Part shown: positions 52,997-64,000 of the stretch, in pieces | How positions within the stretch are numbered: the first letter of the stretch is position 1 | Layout of the letters: every line of letters starts with the position of its first letter | Source of the DNA: the human T2T-CHM13v2.0 reference genome, Homo sapiens | Direction: 5' to 3' (one strand) | Length of the DNA stretch: 64,000 nucleotides | Assembly: GCF_009914755.1 (NCBI RefSeq) | Contig: NC_060926.1 | The notes under the pieces: model-generated | The model's database searches: none | What the model was told of the DNA's origin: nothing | What the model saw: only the letters and a program-made list of their open reading frames with translations | Program-made: the position numbers and the translations under genes

Positions 52997-53065
52997 ATGT
53001 ATGGCCTGCCCTGGGCTTGTCTGTTCCCTCCTGAGCCTGAGCCCCTTACCTTCCTGACCCCATGA
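52997..53065 (+). promoter_or_regulatory. Two upstream ORFs in the presumed PROM2 5' UTR
   Basis: ATG 52997 to TGA 53063-53065 (22 aa, overlaps main ATG); ATG 53001 to TGA 53055-53057 (18 aa). Confidence 0.6.
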
Positions 53066-53305
53066 AGCACACACTGGCTCTGCTGGCTCCCCTGCTGGGC
53101 CTGGGCCTGGGGCTGGCCCTGAGTCAGCTGGCTGCAGGGGCCACAGACTGCAAGTTCCTTGGCCCGGCAGAGCACCTGACATTCACCCCAGCAGCCAGGG
53201 CCCGGTGGCTGGCCCCTCGAGTTCGTGCGCCAGGACTCCTGGACTCCCTCTATGGCACCGTGCGCCGCTTCCTCTCGGTGGTGCAGCTCAATCCTTTCCC
53301 TTCAG
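53062..53305 (+). CDS. PROM2: Prominin-2 coding exon 1 (signal peptide)
   Basis: [26 protein letters not shown]...QLNPFPS; donor gtgagt; 244 nt. Confidence 0.97.
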
Positions 53306-53459
53306 GTGAGTGTGCCCCTCCCCCATGAGGGCCTCAGCATTTGGGTCCCCAGCCCGGCTTCCTCTGTCCCACTCTACCATGGGATGTGCCCAACCTACAA
53401 GCAGGCACTTGCCATCTTCCTGGGGTAGAAGGCGGAGGATCTGGGGAGGGCTCCAGAAC

Positions 53460-53540
53460 CTGCTGTGTGACTGTGGGTAAGCCTCACTTCCTCTCTGAGC
53501 CTCAGGTGCTCTGTCTGTAAAGTGAGGAGGTTACATTGGA
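53460..53540 (+). mobile_element. MIR fragment (intron 1)
   Basis: gctgtgtgactgtgggtaag...ctctctgagcctcag...tctgtaaagtgagg core. Confidence 0.65.
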
Positions 53541-53936
53541 AATACATTAGACCTGACTCAGACATCCTCTTAGTCTATCGGTGCTTGGGTTGGGTGGTCC
53601 AGGAGTGTCTGAAGGACCCTCCCAGTCCTGTCCCTTGCTGCTTGAGGGGAAGAACTGCCAGGCCAGACCCCTTCTCTGCCTTTGCCCAGGCTCAGGACTG
53701 ACCTGTAGGGTCCAGGAGGAGAGGTCTGCAGCCTCCTCTCTGCTCGCCCTCCTGTAGCAGTGCTGAGGTCAGGGCAGGATGGCACAGGGCTGCGGTGATG
53801 CAGCCTTCTGCGAGGGTGCCATGGTGGTGGCAGGAGCCCTGCCTCAGAGCCACTTTGCCCTGGCAGTGGGGAGAGGAGGGACACAGGGGCAGGGCAGTGG
53901 CTGTCCCCAAATCCTCAGCTTGGCTCTTTCCCATAG

Positions 53937-53986
53937 AGTTGGTAAAGGCCCTACTGAATGAGCTGGCCTCCGTGAAGGTGAATGAG
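53937..53986 (+). CDS. PROM2: Prominin-2 exon 2
   Basis: ccatag/...gag/gtgagc; ELVKALLNELASVKVNE; 50 nt, phase consistent. Confidence 0.95.
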
Positions 53987-54405
53987 GTGAGCAAGCTGGG
54001 GAAAGGTGCTGGGGGAGGGAGTTCTGGGGTGAGCAGCAGGGTGGGAGCAGAAAAGCCTTGGCTCCCCTTAGCCCACCTCGCTGGGTGTCCACTAGGCAGG
54101 GGCTCAGGCATCCTCTCCCCTCCTCTGTGGGCGCTGCAGTCCGTAGACCTGGGTGCAAACCACAGCTCTGCCATTTACTGGCAGTGAGGTTTGCAGGGAG
54201 CTGGAACTTCCTGAACTTCAGCTTCCTCCTGTGTAAGATGGTGATGAGCAGTAAGAATGCGGTCACCTCTGGGACGGGTTCCATGAGATGCAGGCCATGC
54301 CCCTGACGGCACTCCCGCCCCTTCTGGTTTCCCTCTGGACTCAGGCAGAAGCCAGGGCTGGGCAGTGGGGGTCGGGTCACCCCTCATGCCCTGCTGCCTG
54401 CCCAG

Positions 54406-54608
54406 GTGGTGCGGTACGAGGCGGGCTACGTGGTATGCGCTGTGATCGCGGGCCTCTACCTGCTGCTGGTGCCCACTGCCGGGCTTTGCTTCTGCTGCTG
54501 CCGCTGCCACCGGCGCTGCGGGGGACGAGTGAAGACAGAGCACAAGGCGCTGGCCTGTGAGCGCGCGGCCCTCATGGTCTTCCTGCTGCTGACCACCCTC
54601 TTGCTGCT
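54406..54608 (+). CDS. PROM2: Prominin-2 exon 3 (TM1, Cys-rich motif, start of TM2)
   Basis: [38 protein letters not shown]; 203 nt; AG/GT. Confidence 0.97.
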
Positions 54609-54702
54609 GTAAGGCGCTGCCCAGGGCCCGGGTAGGGCGGGCTGTGGCCCCCAGGCTCCCTCTTACCCAGCAAGCACCTTCCTCCTCCCTCCATTCCCAC
54701 AG

Positions 54703-54823
54703 GATTGGTGTGGTCTGTGCCTTTGTCACCAACCAGCGCACGCATGAACAGATGGGCCCCAGCATCGAGGCCATGCCTGAGACCCTGCTCAGCCTCTGGG
54801 GCCTGGTCTCTGATGTCCCCCAA
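54703..54823 (+). CDS. PROM2: Prominin-2 exon 4
   Basis: [11 protein letters not shown]...SDVPQ; 121 nt; AG/GT. Confidence 0.95.
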
Positions 54824-55069
54824 GTGAGCACTGTTACCCCTCACCCTCATGTGCCCCTGTGAGCACTGGGCCCGGGCAGGACAGAGCCGAGTGGGCCCTC
54901 GATGGCCCATAACCAGCGCATCTGAAAGCCGCCTCCTCTCCCGCCCTTGCCTGAGAGTCGACCACCCTCAGGGTGGATGCCATAGGGGCAGGGAAGGGGC
55001 CAGGGAGAGAAGGGCGTAAGGACTGTGGGTGACCAGGAAGGGCAGCCTCAGGGCCTTGTGTTTGCCTAG

Positions 55070-55133
55070 GAGCTGCAGGCCGTGGCACAGCAATTCTCCC
55101 TGCCCCAGGAGCAAGTCTCAGAGGAGCTGGATG
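55070..55133 (+). CDS. PROM2: Prominin-2 exon 5
   Basis: ELQAVAQQFSLPQEQVSEELD; 64 nt. Confidence 0.95.
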
Positions 55134-55447
55134 GTGAGGGTCTCGGGGACTGGCAGGTGGGCTGGCTCCTTCCAGGGCCCCTGCTCGGGTGCCTCGGTGG
55201 GGGCCTCTCACTCCCTCATTCTGGACACCCCCGGGAACAGGCTGGTAGAGGTGGGGATCAGGCCGGCTGGAGAGCAAGAGTGGCCGCCACTCAGCTGCTG
55301 GAGGAAGAAGCCGTGTCCCCGCTCCTTCACTCCCCTCCACCCCCCGGCTCCTGCAGAGCCCGGTGGGGCCTGGGGAGGCAGGATGGGAATGGGGAGGGCC
55401 CCTCCACTCTTGGGGTCCCACCCTGCAGACTGCCCTGTGCTCTGCAG

Positions 55448-55537
55448 GTGTTGGTGTGAGCATTGGGAGCGCGATCCACACTCAGCTCAGGAGCTCCGTG
55501 TACCCCTTGCTGGCGGCCGTGGGCAGTTTGGGCCAGG
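55448..55537 (+). CDS. PROM2: Prominin-2 exon 6
   Basis: GVGVSIGSAIHTQLRSSVYPLLAAVGSLGQ; 90 nt. Confidence 0.95.
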
Positions 55538-55839
55538 GTGAGCTGGAGCCGCATCCTGGATAGTGTGGAGCCCAGCGGGTGTCCTCCTGGGGCGATCCCA
55601 CCTGCACCTAGCCCTGGATTTCCTGAGCCACCTCTGCCCCACCTGTGACTTCCCCATCGCTGTACCCCAGGATCCAGCCCCCCTCCCCTGGCTTAATGTG
55701 CCCTGGGGCAGTTTCCACTGTAGGCAGGAGGTCAATGATTTGCAGGTCCCTTTGGCTGGGGGAGGGGAGTTCTGCCTCCTGCAAGGCGTCTGGGGATGCA
55801 TATGGTGGACCCTGCTCAGGCTGGGTGTGGGTCTCTCAG

Positions 55840-56042
55840 TCCTGCAGGTCTCCGTGCACCACCTGCAAACCTTGAATGCTACAGTGGTAGAGCTGCAGGC
55901 CGGGCAGCAGGACCTGGAGCCAGCCATCCGGGAACACCGGGACCGCCTCCTTGAGCTGCTGCAGGAGGCCAGGTGCCAGGGAGATTGTGCAGGGGCCCTG
56001 AGCTGGGCCCGCACCCTGGAGCTGGGTGCTGACTTCAGCCAG
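55840..56042 (+). CDS. PROM2: Prominin-2 exon 7
   Basis: VLQVSVHHLQTLNATVV...GADFSQ; 203 nt; NAT sequon. Confidence 0.93.
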
Positions 56043-56405
56043 GTGCAGACCCAGGACAGAGTCCTCTTAAAGCCACGGAGGGCTAGCTGCCTGCTGCTCC
56101 TGGGATCTGGCAAATTCCCAGTCCCCTTGCCCCAATGTTCCTCCCTTGCTCCACCCACCCAGGGTTAATGCGGGTCATCCTGGCAGTGGGTGGAGTGCTC
56201 CCCAGGCCACGCCCTGTACGTGAACTTCATGTGTGTGAGCTCCTTGAGTTCTTGCTGCCACCAGGGGCAGTAAGAGCCATGGCAGTCCTCATTTTACACT
56301 TGAGGACATTGGGGTTCAGAGGCCCCTGCCCCCCTCATCCACCCTCAGGGATCCCCTTCAGGCCTCTCCATGAACTTTGTCATAACCCACCTTCCCCCAT
56401 TTCAG

Positions 56406-56480
56406 GTGCCCTCTGTGGACCATGTCCTGCACCAGCTAAAAGGTGTCCCCGAGGCCAACTTCTCCAGCATGGTCCAGGAG
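56406..56480 (+). CDS. PROM2: Prominin-2 exon 8
   Basis: [25 protein letters not shown]; 75 nt. Confidence 0.95.
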
Positions 56481-56783
56481 GTGAGAGCCACCTGGTCTGC
56501 CTGATTTCTCCCTCACCTGCCAAGTGAGGGCCTCTGTTTCCCCCTTTTGGGCAGGAACCCAGTTGAACCTAATATTTGGGGTCCCACCCACCACACAGCA
56601 CCCTGGGCAGGGGACTCCCGACGACCATCCTTGGTGTGCACACAATCTGTGCTCAGATGGGAGAGCTGGGCCCTTCAAGGCGGCAGGCGTCTGGGGGTGG
56701 CAAGGGAGCAGTGCTCAGTCTGAGCCCAGAGGGCAGGCGGCTCCCCTGGGTGGAGATGGGCCAAGGGGGAGGATGCGGTGTTG

Positions 56784-57035
56784 TGAGTCAGCGCCCAGGA
56801 CCCAGGACCTGGAGCTGGGGAAATGATGAGTCAGCCATGCTGGGTGGCTGGAGTGGAAGGTTCCAGAAGGAAGGAAGTCAGAGCTGAGGCTAGAAGGGTG
56901 GACTGGAGCTGGACCTTCAGGAGCTAGACCTGGCAGTTGTGTGGAGGGCGGCTGAGAGTTCACTGCAATGGTGGGAGAGGGATGGGGGTAGGAAGAAGAG
57001 GTCCGGGAGGAGCAACGTTTTGGGAAGTTGAGTCA
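56784..57035. promoter_or_regulatory. Candidate stress-responsive intronic enhancer (3x AP-1, HSE, ETS)
   Basis: TGAGTCA at 56784, 56827 and 57029; gGAAggTTCcaGAAg at 56855-56869; AGGAAGT at 56872. Confidence 0.5.
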
Positions 57036-57196
57036 GACTGGGCCAGGGGATGGGAGAGGAGGGCAGCGACCAAGAGAAAAGAGGGAAACTGGGAGCACTG
57101 AGGGGGGCCCTCCCTCTAGGCCTGGTGACTTTGGGGTCTCCCAAGAGGGGACACTGGGCAGAGATGGGGAGGCCCAGCACTACTTGGTTCCTGCAG

Positions 57197-57260
57197 GAGA
57201 ACAGCACCTTCAACGCCCTTCCAGCCCTGGCTGCCATGCAGACATCCAGCGTGGTGCAAG
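57197..57260 (+). CDS. PROM2: Prominin-2 exon 9
   Basis: ENSTFNALPALAAMQTSSVVQ; 64 nt. Confidence 0.95.
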
Positions 57261-57460
57261 GTTAGGCCACACGGGTCAGAGGCAGCTGCCAGGCATGGCT
57301 TCCCACCCCACCCCTACCAGGGAGGCTTGTTGAGAGAGGACTGGGGTGGCGGGGGACTGTCTTCCCTCTGTGGTTCCCAGATGTTCTTCCTGCCCGCTTG
57401 TCTTGTTCCTGGGCCCCAGGGTGCCCTCCGCATCCCACAAGTCCCTGTTACTTTGGGCAG

Positions 57461-57620
57461 AGCTGAAGAAGGCAGTGGCCCAGCAGCCGGAAGGGGTGAG
57501 GACACTGGCTGAAGGGTTCCCGGGCTTGGAGGCAGCTTCCCGCTGGGCCCAGGCACTGCAGGAGGTGGAGGAGAGCAGCCGCCCCTACCTGCAGGAGGTG
57601 CAGAGATACGAGACCTACAG
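57461..57620 (+). CDS. PROM2: Prominin-2 exon 10
   Basis: [12 protein letters not shown]...QRYETYR; 160 nt. Confidence 0.95.
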
Positions 57621-57735
57621 GTGCTGGGCACCCGCAGGGTGGGATGGGGTGGGGTGGGGTGGGCAGCCCAGCCTCTATGCCACCCTGACACCCTGAGCCC
57701 CATTCCCAGCCTCTATCAGCCCCTGACTGTACTGA

Positions 57736-58100
<365 letters not shown>

Positions 58101-58321
58101 TGACTCCAGAGGCCTCCAAGTCCCTATGAGGCTGTGTGCCCTTGGAACCTGAGCCTGGAGACCACACAAGAGCAGTAGGGCCTCAGGAAGAGTCTGTATC
58201 TGCATTTCTGAAGCCCCAGCCTTGGGGTTAGAGGCCACACCCGGTCGCCACGTCCCGCACCTGTCCATGTTGGTGCCAGCCACCTCCTTTCTTAGTGACA
58301 CCCATGTCCTCTCTGTGGCAG

Positions 58322-58474
58322 GTGGATCGTGGGCTGCGTGCTGTGCTCCGTGGTCCTATTCGTGGTGCTCTGCAACCTGCTGGGCCTCAATCTGGGCATC
58401 TGGGGCCTGTCTGCCAGGGACGACCCCAGCCACCCAGAAGCCAAGGGCGAGGCTGGAGCCCGCTTCCTCATGGC
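58322..58474 (+). CDS. PROM2: Prominin-2 exon 11 (TM3)
   Basis: [28 protein letters not shown]...ARFLMA; 153 nt. Confidence 0.96.
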
Positions 58475-58798
58475 GTAAGAAAGGGCTGGGAGAGGGGAAG
58501 GGTCCCCTCTTATAGGGCTGGCTGATTACTCTCGCTCCTGAGCATAGCTCCCGGTGTGGCTGCCAGTGTCAGTGTCATCATCTGAATAAAGGGGTTGAAC
58601 CAGAGCAGGAATGGCCAACAAGGAGCTCTTCCTTCCTACAGCAGGGGCAACTGTAGCACCTAATGGGCACTCCTTACCCTGAGTCAGACACAGCCTAGAG
58701 TCCCTACCCCAGCTTCCAGGCGGCCCCCACCACCAATAGGCAGCAGCACCAGAGGTGGAATCTGTTTGCCAACCCCAGACTAGACGGTCTCTAAGGCC

Positions 58799-58930
58799 AA
58801 GGCTGCCACATACAGTTGTACAGGCTGTTCACTGAACAAGAGTACCTGGCTAAGGGGGTAAGTGGGGGCTGAAATCCACCCCATGTTTTACTTTCCAAGC
58901 CTCACAGCCTGACATGGGGCTGTGCCTGCC
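58799..58930 (+). mobile_element. MER91-like hAT fragment
   Basis: ggctgccacatacagttgtacaggctgttcactgaacaag resembles the recalled MER91 end. Confidence 0.55.
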
Positions 58931-59099
58931 TCATAAGCCCTTCGAGCCCCCTGGTCTAAGATCTTTACTCCTCAGACCTGCTGGGATTCTGCCCTGTCGG
59001 CAGGTCATGCCTGGTCATGCCAGGTGACCCTTTTGAGTGCTGGGTCCTGGAGTAGGTCACCTCCATGGGCCCTAGGCACAGAAGTGAGCAGTCTTGGCT

Positions 59100-59430
59100 C
59101 TTTGGGTTTTGTTTGTTTTTTGTTTTGTTTGTTGTTGTTGTGACAGGGTCTTGCTCTGTCACCCAGGATGGAGTGCAGTGACACCATCATGGCTCACTAT
59201 AGCCTCACCCTCCCAGGCTCAAGCGATTCTCACACCTCAGCCTCCCAAACAGTTGGGACTACAGGCGTGTGCCACCACCCCCAGCTAATTTTTAAAATTT
59301 TGTAGAGACATGGTCTCACTTATTGCCCTGGCTGGTCTCATACTCCTGGACTCAAGCTATCCTCCCACCTCAACCTGTCCTCCCACCTCAACCTCCCAAA
59401 GTGCTGGGATTATAGGTGTGAGCCCGGATA
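59100..59430 (-). mobile_element. AluJ-like (intron 11)
   Basis: Reverse-complement Alu; small internal duplication tcctcccacctcaacct. Confidence 0.88.
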
Positions 59431-59718
59431 GTCCTGGCTCTTTGAACAAAACAGCTGTTTTCTCCTCTAGGCTGCCAGGGCCAGCCAGGGAACCAGGAAC
59501 AGGGTGGGGATGAGGTGAAGGTGAGGCCGGGACAGTCAGGAATACTGGGTTCTCCCTCCTCTCCAGGAGGCCAAGTCCTCCAAGCTCCTTTCCTCTAAAG
59601 GCTCTGTGCTGGGGCCAACTGGCTGAGCAGGCTGGCCCTGGGGTGAGGGTGGGACAGAGGGTATGGTCAGGGCAGCCAGTCCCTGCTGTCCCTCAGTCCT
59701 GCCTCTCGCCTACCCCAG

Positions 59719-59842
59719 AGGTGTGGGCCTCAGCTTCCTCTTTGCTGCACCCCTCATCCTCCTGGTGTTCGCCACCTTCCTGGTGGGTGGCAACGTGCAG
59801 ACGCTGGTGTGCCAGAGCTGGGAGAACGGCGAGCTCTTTGAG
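59719..59842 (+). CDS. PROM2: Prominin-2 exon 12 (TM4)
   Basis: [41 protein letters not shown]; 124 nt. Confidence 0.96.
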
Positions 59843-60401
59843 GTAGGCCTGTCTCTGCTCACAGGCCCTCCTGGGGAGAGAGGTGGGGGGCGGTATCAGC
59901 AGAGCAGGAGGGTTGGGGGAAAGTGGGGGTCGGGGGGTAAAAGGGAGAGAGGGAGGGGAGGAGTGAGACAGACATGGCCAAGGAAAGAGACAGAAACCCG
60001 CCAGTGGATGGTGGAGGGAGAGAGCACCCATGAGTCCCTGAGATGCTGCCCAGGCCCCAGGGCAGGGACCCTGAGAGATGGCACCCTGACCCATTCCCTC
60101 TCATCTCCTAACACTGTCTGGGAGCTGGGACCCTGGTGCCCGGTGAGCTGCGATGCTGGACTGGGTTCTCTGCAGAAGATCGGGCTGGGCAACCCTCCTA
60201 GGGATTCATGGGAAGAGCCCCTGTAAGGATTTGGGGCCCAGGGGTCACCAGAGTTAGAGGCCAGGTGTGAGCTGGGGTGAGGGGATGTTTCCTACCCCTG
60301 GTCTGTGCTGTGCCACAGCAGCACAGGGCCAGGCCCTAGGGGACCAGGGTGGCCTTGCCCCCACCCCGCTCTGTGCCCATTTCTCACTGCCCCATCCCCA
60401 G

Positions 60402-60493
60402 TTTGCAGACACCCCAGGGAACCTGCCCCCGTCCATGAACCTGTCGCAACTTCTTGGCCTGAGGAAGAACATCAGCATCCACCAAGCCTATCA
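60402..60493 (+). CDS. PROM2: Prominin-2 exon 13
   Basis: [31 protein letters not shown]; 92 nt. Confidence 0.95.
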
Positions 60494-60618
60494 GTGAGTG
60501 GACAGCCTGGGCAGAGCTGGGACCGGGGAAGGAAGGAGGAGGGCCGGTGTCCCTCAGGGGACATCAGCCCCCCCGCCACCCCCAAGGCTCATCGTCTGCA
60601 CCCCTCACTCCTCCTCAG

Positions 60619-60703
60619 GCAGTGCAAGGAAGGGGCAGCGCTCTGGACAGTCCTGCAGCTCAACGACTCCTACGACCTGGAGGAGCACCTGGATATCAAC
60701 CAG
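60619..60703 (+). CDS. PROM2: Prominin-2 exon 14
   Basis: [28 protein letters not shown]; 85 nt. Confidence 0.95.
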
Positions 60704-62249
60704 GTGAGAGAACGTTTTGGAAACTGTGAGGAGCCCTCCTCAGATCCCCCTCCTCTGGTCTTTTTGCCTCTGTGGAGGCACCGTCTCTTTGAACCTAGGA
60801 GACCTGAGAAGTCTGTGTGAGCGATTAAGGTGCCCAAGGGCAGAGGCCCAGTTATCAGCTCTGGGGAAGGTTCCGGGTGTGTAGGTGGGTCCGTGTGCAC
60901 CTGAAGGCTATGTCCAGCCCCAAGCACAGCCAAGGTGGCAGCAGGAAAGGCTGGTGACAGTGAGCAGGAGGATGAGGGGGCCCATGTGTCCTGACTGAGG
61001 ACAGGCATTGGCTGGGATGCTCCACTTGGGAGGGGGAGGCTGGGGAAGGACGTGGCAGTGACAAGGATGGTGGTGAGTCTGGCTAACGTTGGTGGAGGGC
61101 CTGCCAAGCTCACGCAGGTGGGAGGTGGTGGTGGCAGGATTCCATCCCCAGCCTGACAAGCCTCTTCCTGTAACCTCTGGAGTTACTGGAACTTGGTGTG
61201 TAGAACTGGAGACACTTGCCAATGCTGGAAAGAGACAGTTCTAGAATGAAGGCAAGGAAGGGCTGTTTCACAAGAGGGATGGACTTTGAGAATGGGGCTC
61301 TCCTCATGGTGCACAGCAGCTGGAAGACATTCACTCCTCGACTTCCACGCTCCTAAGCATATGCTGGGGAAACCCACATCCCCTGGCCCTGGTTCCCCTC
61401 GCCCTCCCCAAACACAGAGCATGCTAACTCCTGATTTTGCATCGTTCTGGGAAACCCTTCCAACCCCTGGATCCACCAACCAGCCTCGGCCCACGGACAG
61501 CACAGCCGGATGGCCCAGCCCCAACTCTGTACCTTGAACTGCACAACCTGGGACAGTTATGCAGCTCACTCCTCCTTCCGCATCTTTAACCAGACAGGAG
61601 CTCCCCGAGCAGGCGATATCTCAGTGCTAGGCTGAGACACTGCCCTGTGGAGGAAGCCTGGCCAGGGAGGGATGAACCAGGGGCCTGGGCAGAGGAGCCC
61701 CCATCCTCTACTGGCAGGAAGCCATGGCTCTCGAGGGGAGGAGTCCTGGGCTCTGGTCCTTGGCAGGGGAGGGTCCAGCTCACAGGAGAGTCTGGATAGA
61801 TAGGGCTTTGGATTCAGATGCACTGGGCAGTCCTCTGAGGCCACCTGACAATGTACCAAATGTGGCTGTAAGAATCCTCGTCCTCAAAGGAGACACTGAT
61901 GGGTAGGCAGACATGAGTAACACACAGGGCTTTCCAGAGCACGGGGAGGGCACCAGCCACCTTTCCACTTCTCCTGAAGCTGCTGCCACTGATGCCTGAG
62001 ACACGGCCCGAAGGCCCCCACCCGAGAGGGCCAGGCCTTTTCTCCTCCAGGAGAAGGCAGCCTGGAGGGATGCGGGGAGGAGAGCCAAGCTGGGCTGCAG
62101 TCTCTAACCACCTGTGTAACCTCGGCAAGTGGACGCTCCACTCTGACCTCAGTTTCTTATCTGTTAAACACTGGGCTGACTTTTATGACCTCTAAATCTC
62201 TTCCAGTGATAGTAGGAAAATGCTAAGGCTCTTTCCTGAAAATACAGTT

Positions 62250-62287
62250 TCATTCATTCATTCATTCATTCATTCATTCATTCATTC
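62250..62287. repeat. (CATT)n at the tail of an L2 fragment
   Basis: Direct reading; L2-like sequence follows to ~62480. Confidence 0.85.
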
Positions 62288-62647
62288 ACACAGCTAACAA
62301 ACTTGTCTCCTGCCCACCATGTGTGACCCTCCGAGTTAGATGCTGGGGGTTTGGGGCTGAATAGGCAGGCAAAGTCCCACTCTTGTGGAGCTGACAGCAT
62401 TGAACAATTAACCCACAAATAAGATCATTTCAGAGCAACAAGTGCTTTGAAGGCCTCGACACAGCTGATGGGATAAAGAGCGGCTGAGAGAGCTATTTTA
62501 TTTCAGGTGGCCAGGGAAGGTCTGTGTCTCTGCCCAGAAGCCAGATGGGCACTGGAGGAAGGCCAGGTCTTGGCATTTGGGGCAGGGGCCTACTGGGAGC
62601 CTGTCTGGGGCTTGGGGTGTCCAGGGCAGGGGGCCCTGAGGGCCTGC

Positions 62648-63357
62648 TGTGTGAGTCTGTTCTTGTGTTGCTATAAAGGAATACCTGAGGCTGGGGCATG
62701 GTGGCTCATGCCTGTAATCCCAGTACTTTGGGAAGCTGAGGTGGAAGGATTACTTGAGCCTAGGAGTTCAAGAACAGCCTGGGCAACATGGGGAGACCCT
62801 CCTCTACAATTTTTTTTAAAAGCCAGGTGTGGTTTCTTGCACCTGTAGTCCCAGCTACTCGAGAGGCTGAGGTGGTAGAATCACTGGAGCCCGGGGGATC
62901 TAGGCTTCAGTGAGCTGTGATTGTGCTATTGCCCTCCAGCCTGGGCAACAGAGCAAGACCCTGTCCGCTTCCCCAACCAAAAAAAAAAAAGCAATACCTG
63001 AGGCTGCATAATTTATAAAGAAAAGAGGTTTAAGTGCAGGCTGTACAGGAAGCATGGCACCGGCAGCCGTTTCTGGGGAGGCCTCAGGAAGCTTCCACTC
63101 ATGGCCGAAGGCCAAGGGGAGCCAGCACATCACATAGGGAGAGAGGGAACGAGAGAGCCAACGCAGAGGTGCCACACTCTTTCAAACACGTGAAATAACT
63201 GAGCAAAACTCACTCATCACATGGCAATGGCACTAAGCCATACGTGAGGGATCCGCCCCCGTGATCTAGTACCTCCCACCAGGCCCACCTTCACCCCCAA
63301 CACCGGGGATCACATTGCAACATGAAATTTGGAGGGGACAAATATCCAAACCATATC
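62648..63357 (-). mobile_element. MSTA/B-like LTR containing a plus-strand AluJ (62689-62990), intron 14
   Basis: tgtgtgagtctgttcttg...ccaaaccatatc; Alu TSD aaag(g/c)aatacctga. Confidence 0.82.
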
Positions 63358-63445
63358 GCCTGGTGACCCCTGTGCTTAGGGGAGCATCTCTGGGGTCCTG
63401 GCTCAGCAACTGGGCATGACTCCCACCCTGCGCCTGCTCTCCCAG

Positions 63446-63592
63446 TATACCAACAAGCTACGGCAGGAGTTGCAGAGCCTGAAAGTAGACACACAGAGCC
63501 TGGACCTGCTGAGCTCAGCCGCCCGCCGGGACCTGGAGGCCCTGCAGAGCAGTGGGCTTCAGCGCATCCACTACCCCGACTTCCTCGTTCAG
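63446..63592 (+). CDS. PROM2: Prominin-2 exon 15 (gene continues beyond the window)
   Basis: [17 protein letters not shown]...YPDFLVQ; 147 nt; cumulative CDS 1875 nt, in frame, no stop. Confidence 0.95.
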
Positions 63593-64000
63593 GTCAGCGG
63601 TGGGCACCTCAGCAGGGCTTCCTCAGCAGGTGGTGATGGAACGAAGGGGCCCACAGAGGAGCTGGGTGTGCATCTTGCCTTGTCCCAGCTCTGGCTCTTC
63701 CACATTTCCTGGGGCCTCTTCCTGTGGAGGTGTCCCCAGATCATGTGCCCCTGGGCCTGTCCTCCTGCCACCACCCCGGTCACACAGGAATGGACAACCT
63801 CTCCCCCAACCCAACAGCATGTGTTGCTGTTCATGGTCCTGAACCCACTGCTGCCGAGGACGCATTGGGAAGTTGCCTCTTCCTTAGTTACACCAGAGGG
63901 TGCCTTATTTGTTCTTGTTGTTTCTATCTCACTGGGAAAATGTCTGAAATATTTCACAGTTCCAGGGAAAACTCACTGTGACTGATGTGTCACAATACAC

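Noticed and set aside
54202-54219. GAA/TTC repeats (ggaacttcctgaacttc) as a heat-shock element
   Set aside because: GAA-to-TTC spacing is 1 nt rather than the required 2, and it lies in MIR-like sequence
53692-56158. Antisense ORFs of 160-223 aa over PROM2
   Set aside because: Shadow frames of GC-rich exons and introns; no independent evidence

Overview
Hominid (almost certainly human) genomic DNA, not prokaryotic. About 1-45 kb is transposon-derived. It holds old L1M fragments, MaLR LTRs, many Alus, a MER4A1-like LTR and a ~25 kb minus-strand ERV1 provirus remnant. Nested inside that remnant are a MER21 LTR, Tigger1, a full-length L1PA15-like element carrying an SVA, and an LTR10-like solo LTR split by a full-length L1PA4/5-like element. 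From ~52.9 kb the + strand carries coding exons 1-15 of PROM2 (prominin-2; 625 codons, all GT-AG and phase-consistent); the gene continues past the window. Best second-look items: (1) an HSE + AP-1/ARE + ETS motif cluster in PROM2 intron 8; (2) two uORFs abutting or overlapping the weak-context PROM2 start codon; (3) a degenerate ~30-bp tandem array at 43.1-45.1 kb; (4) a palindromic AT-rich 32-bp minisatellite bounded by 16-bp inverted repeats; (5) an open L1 ORF0 frame facing PROM2. Repeat subfamily names are from recall of consensus sequences, not a database search. I found no convincing wholly new gene system.
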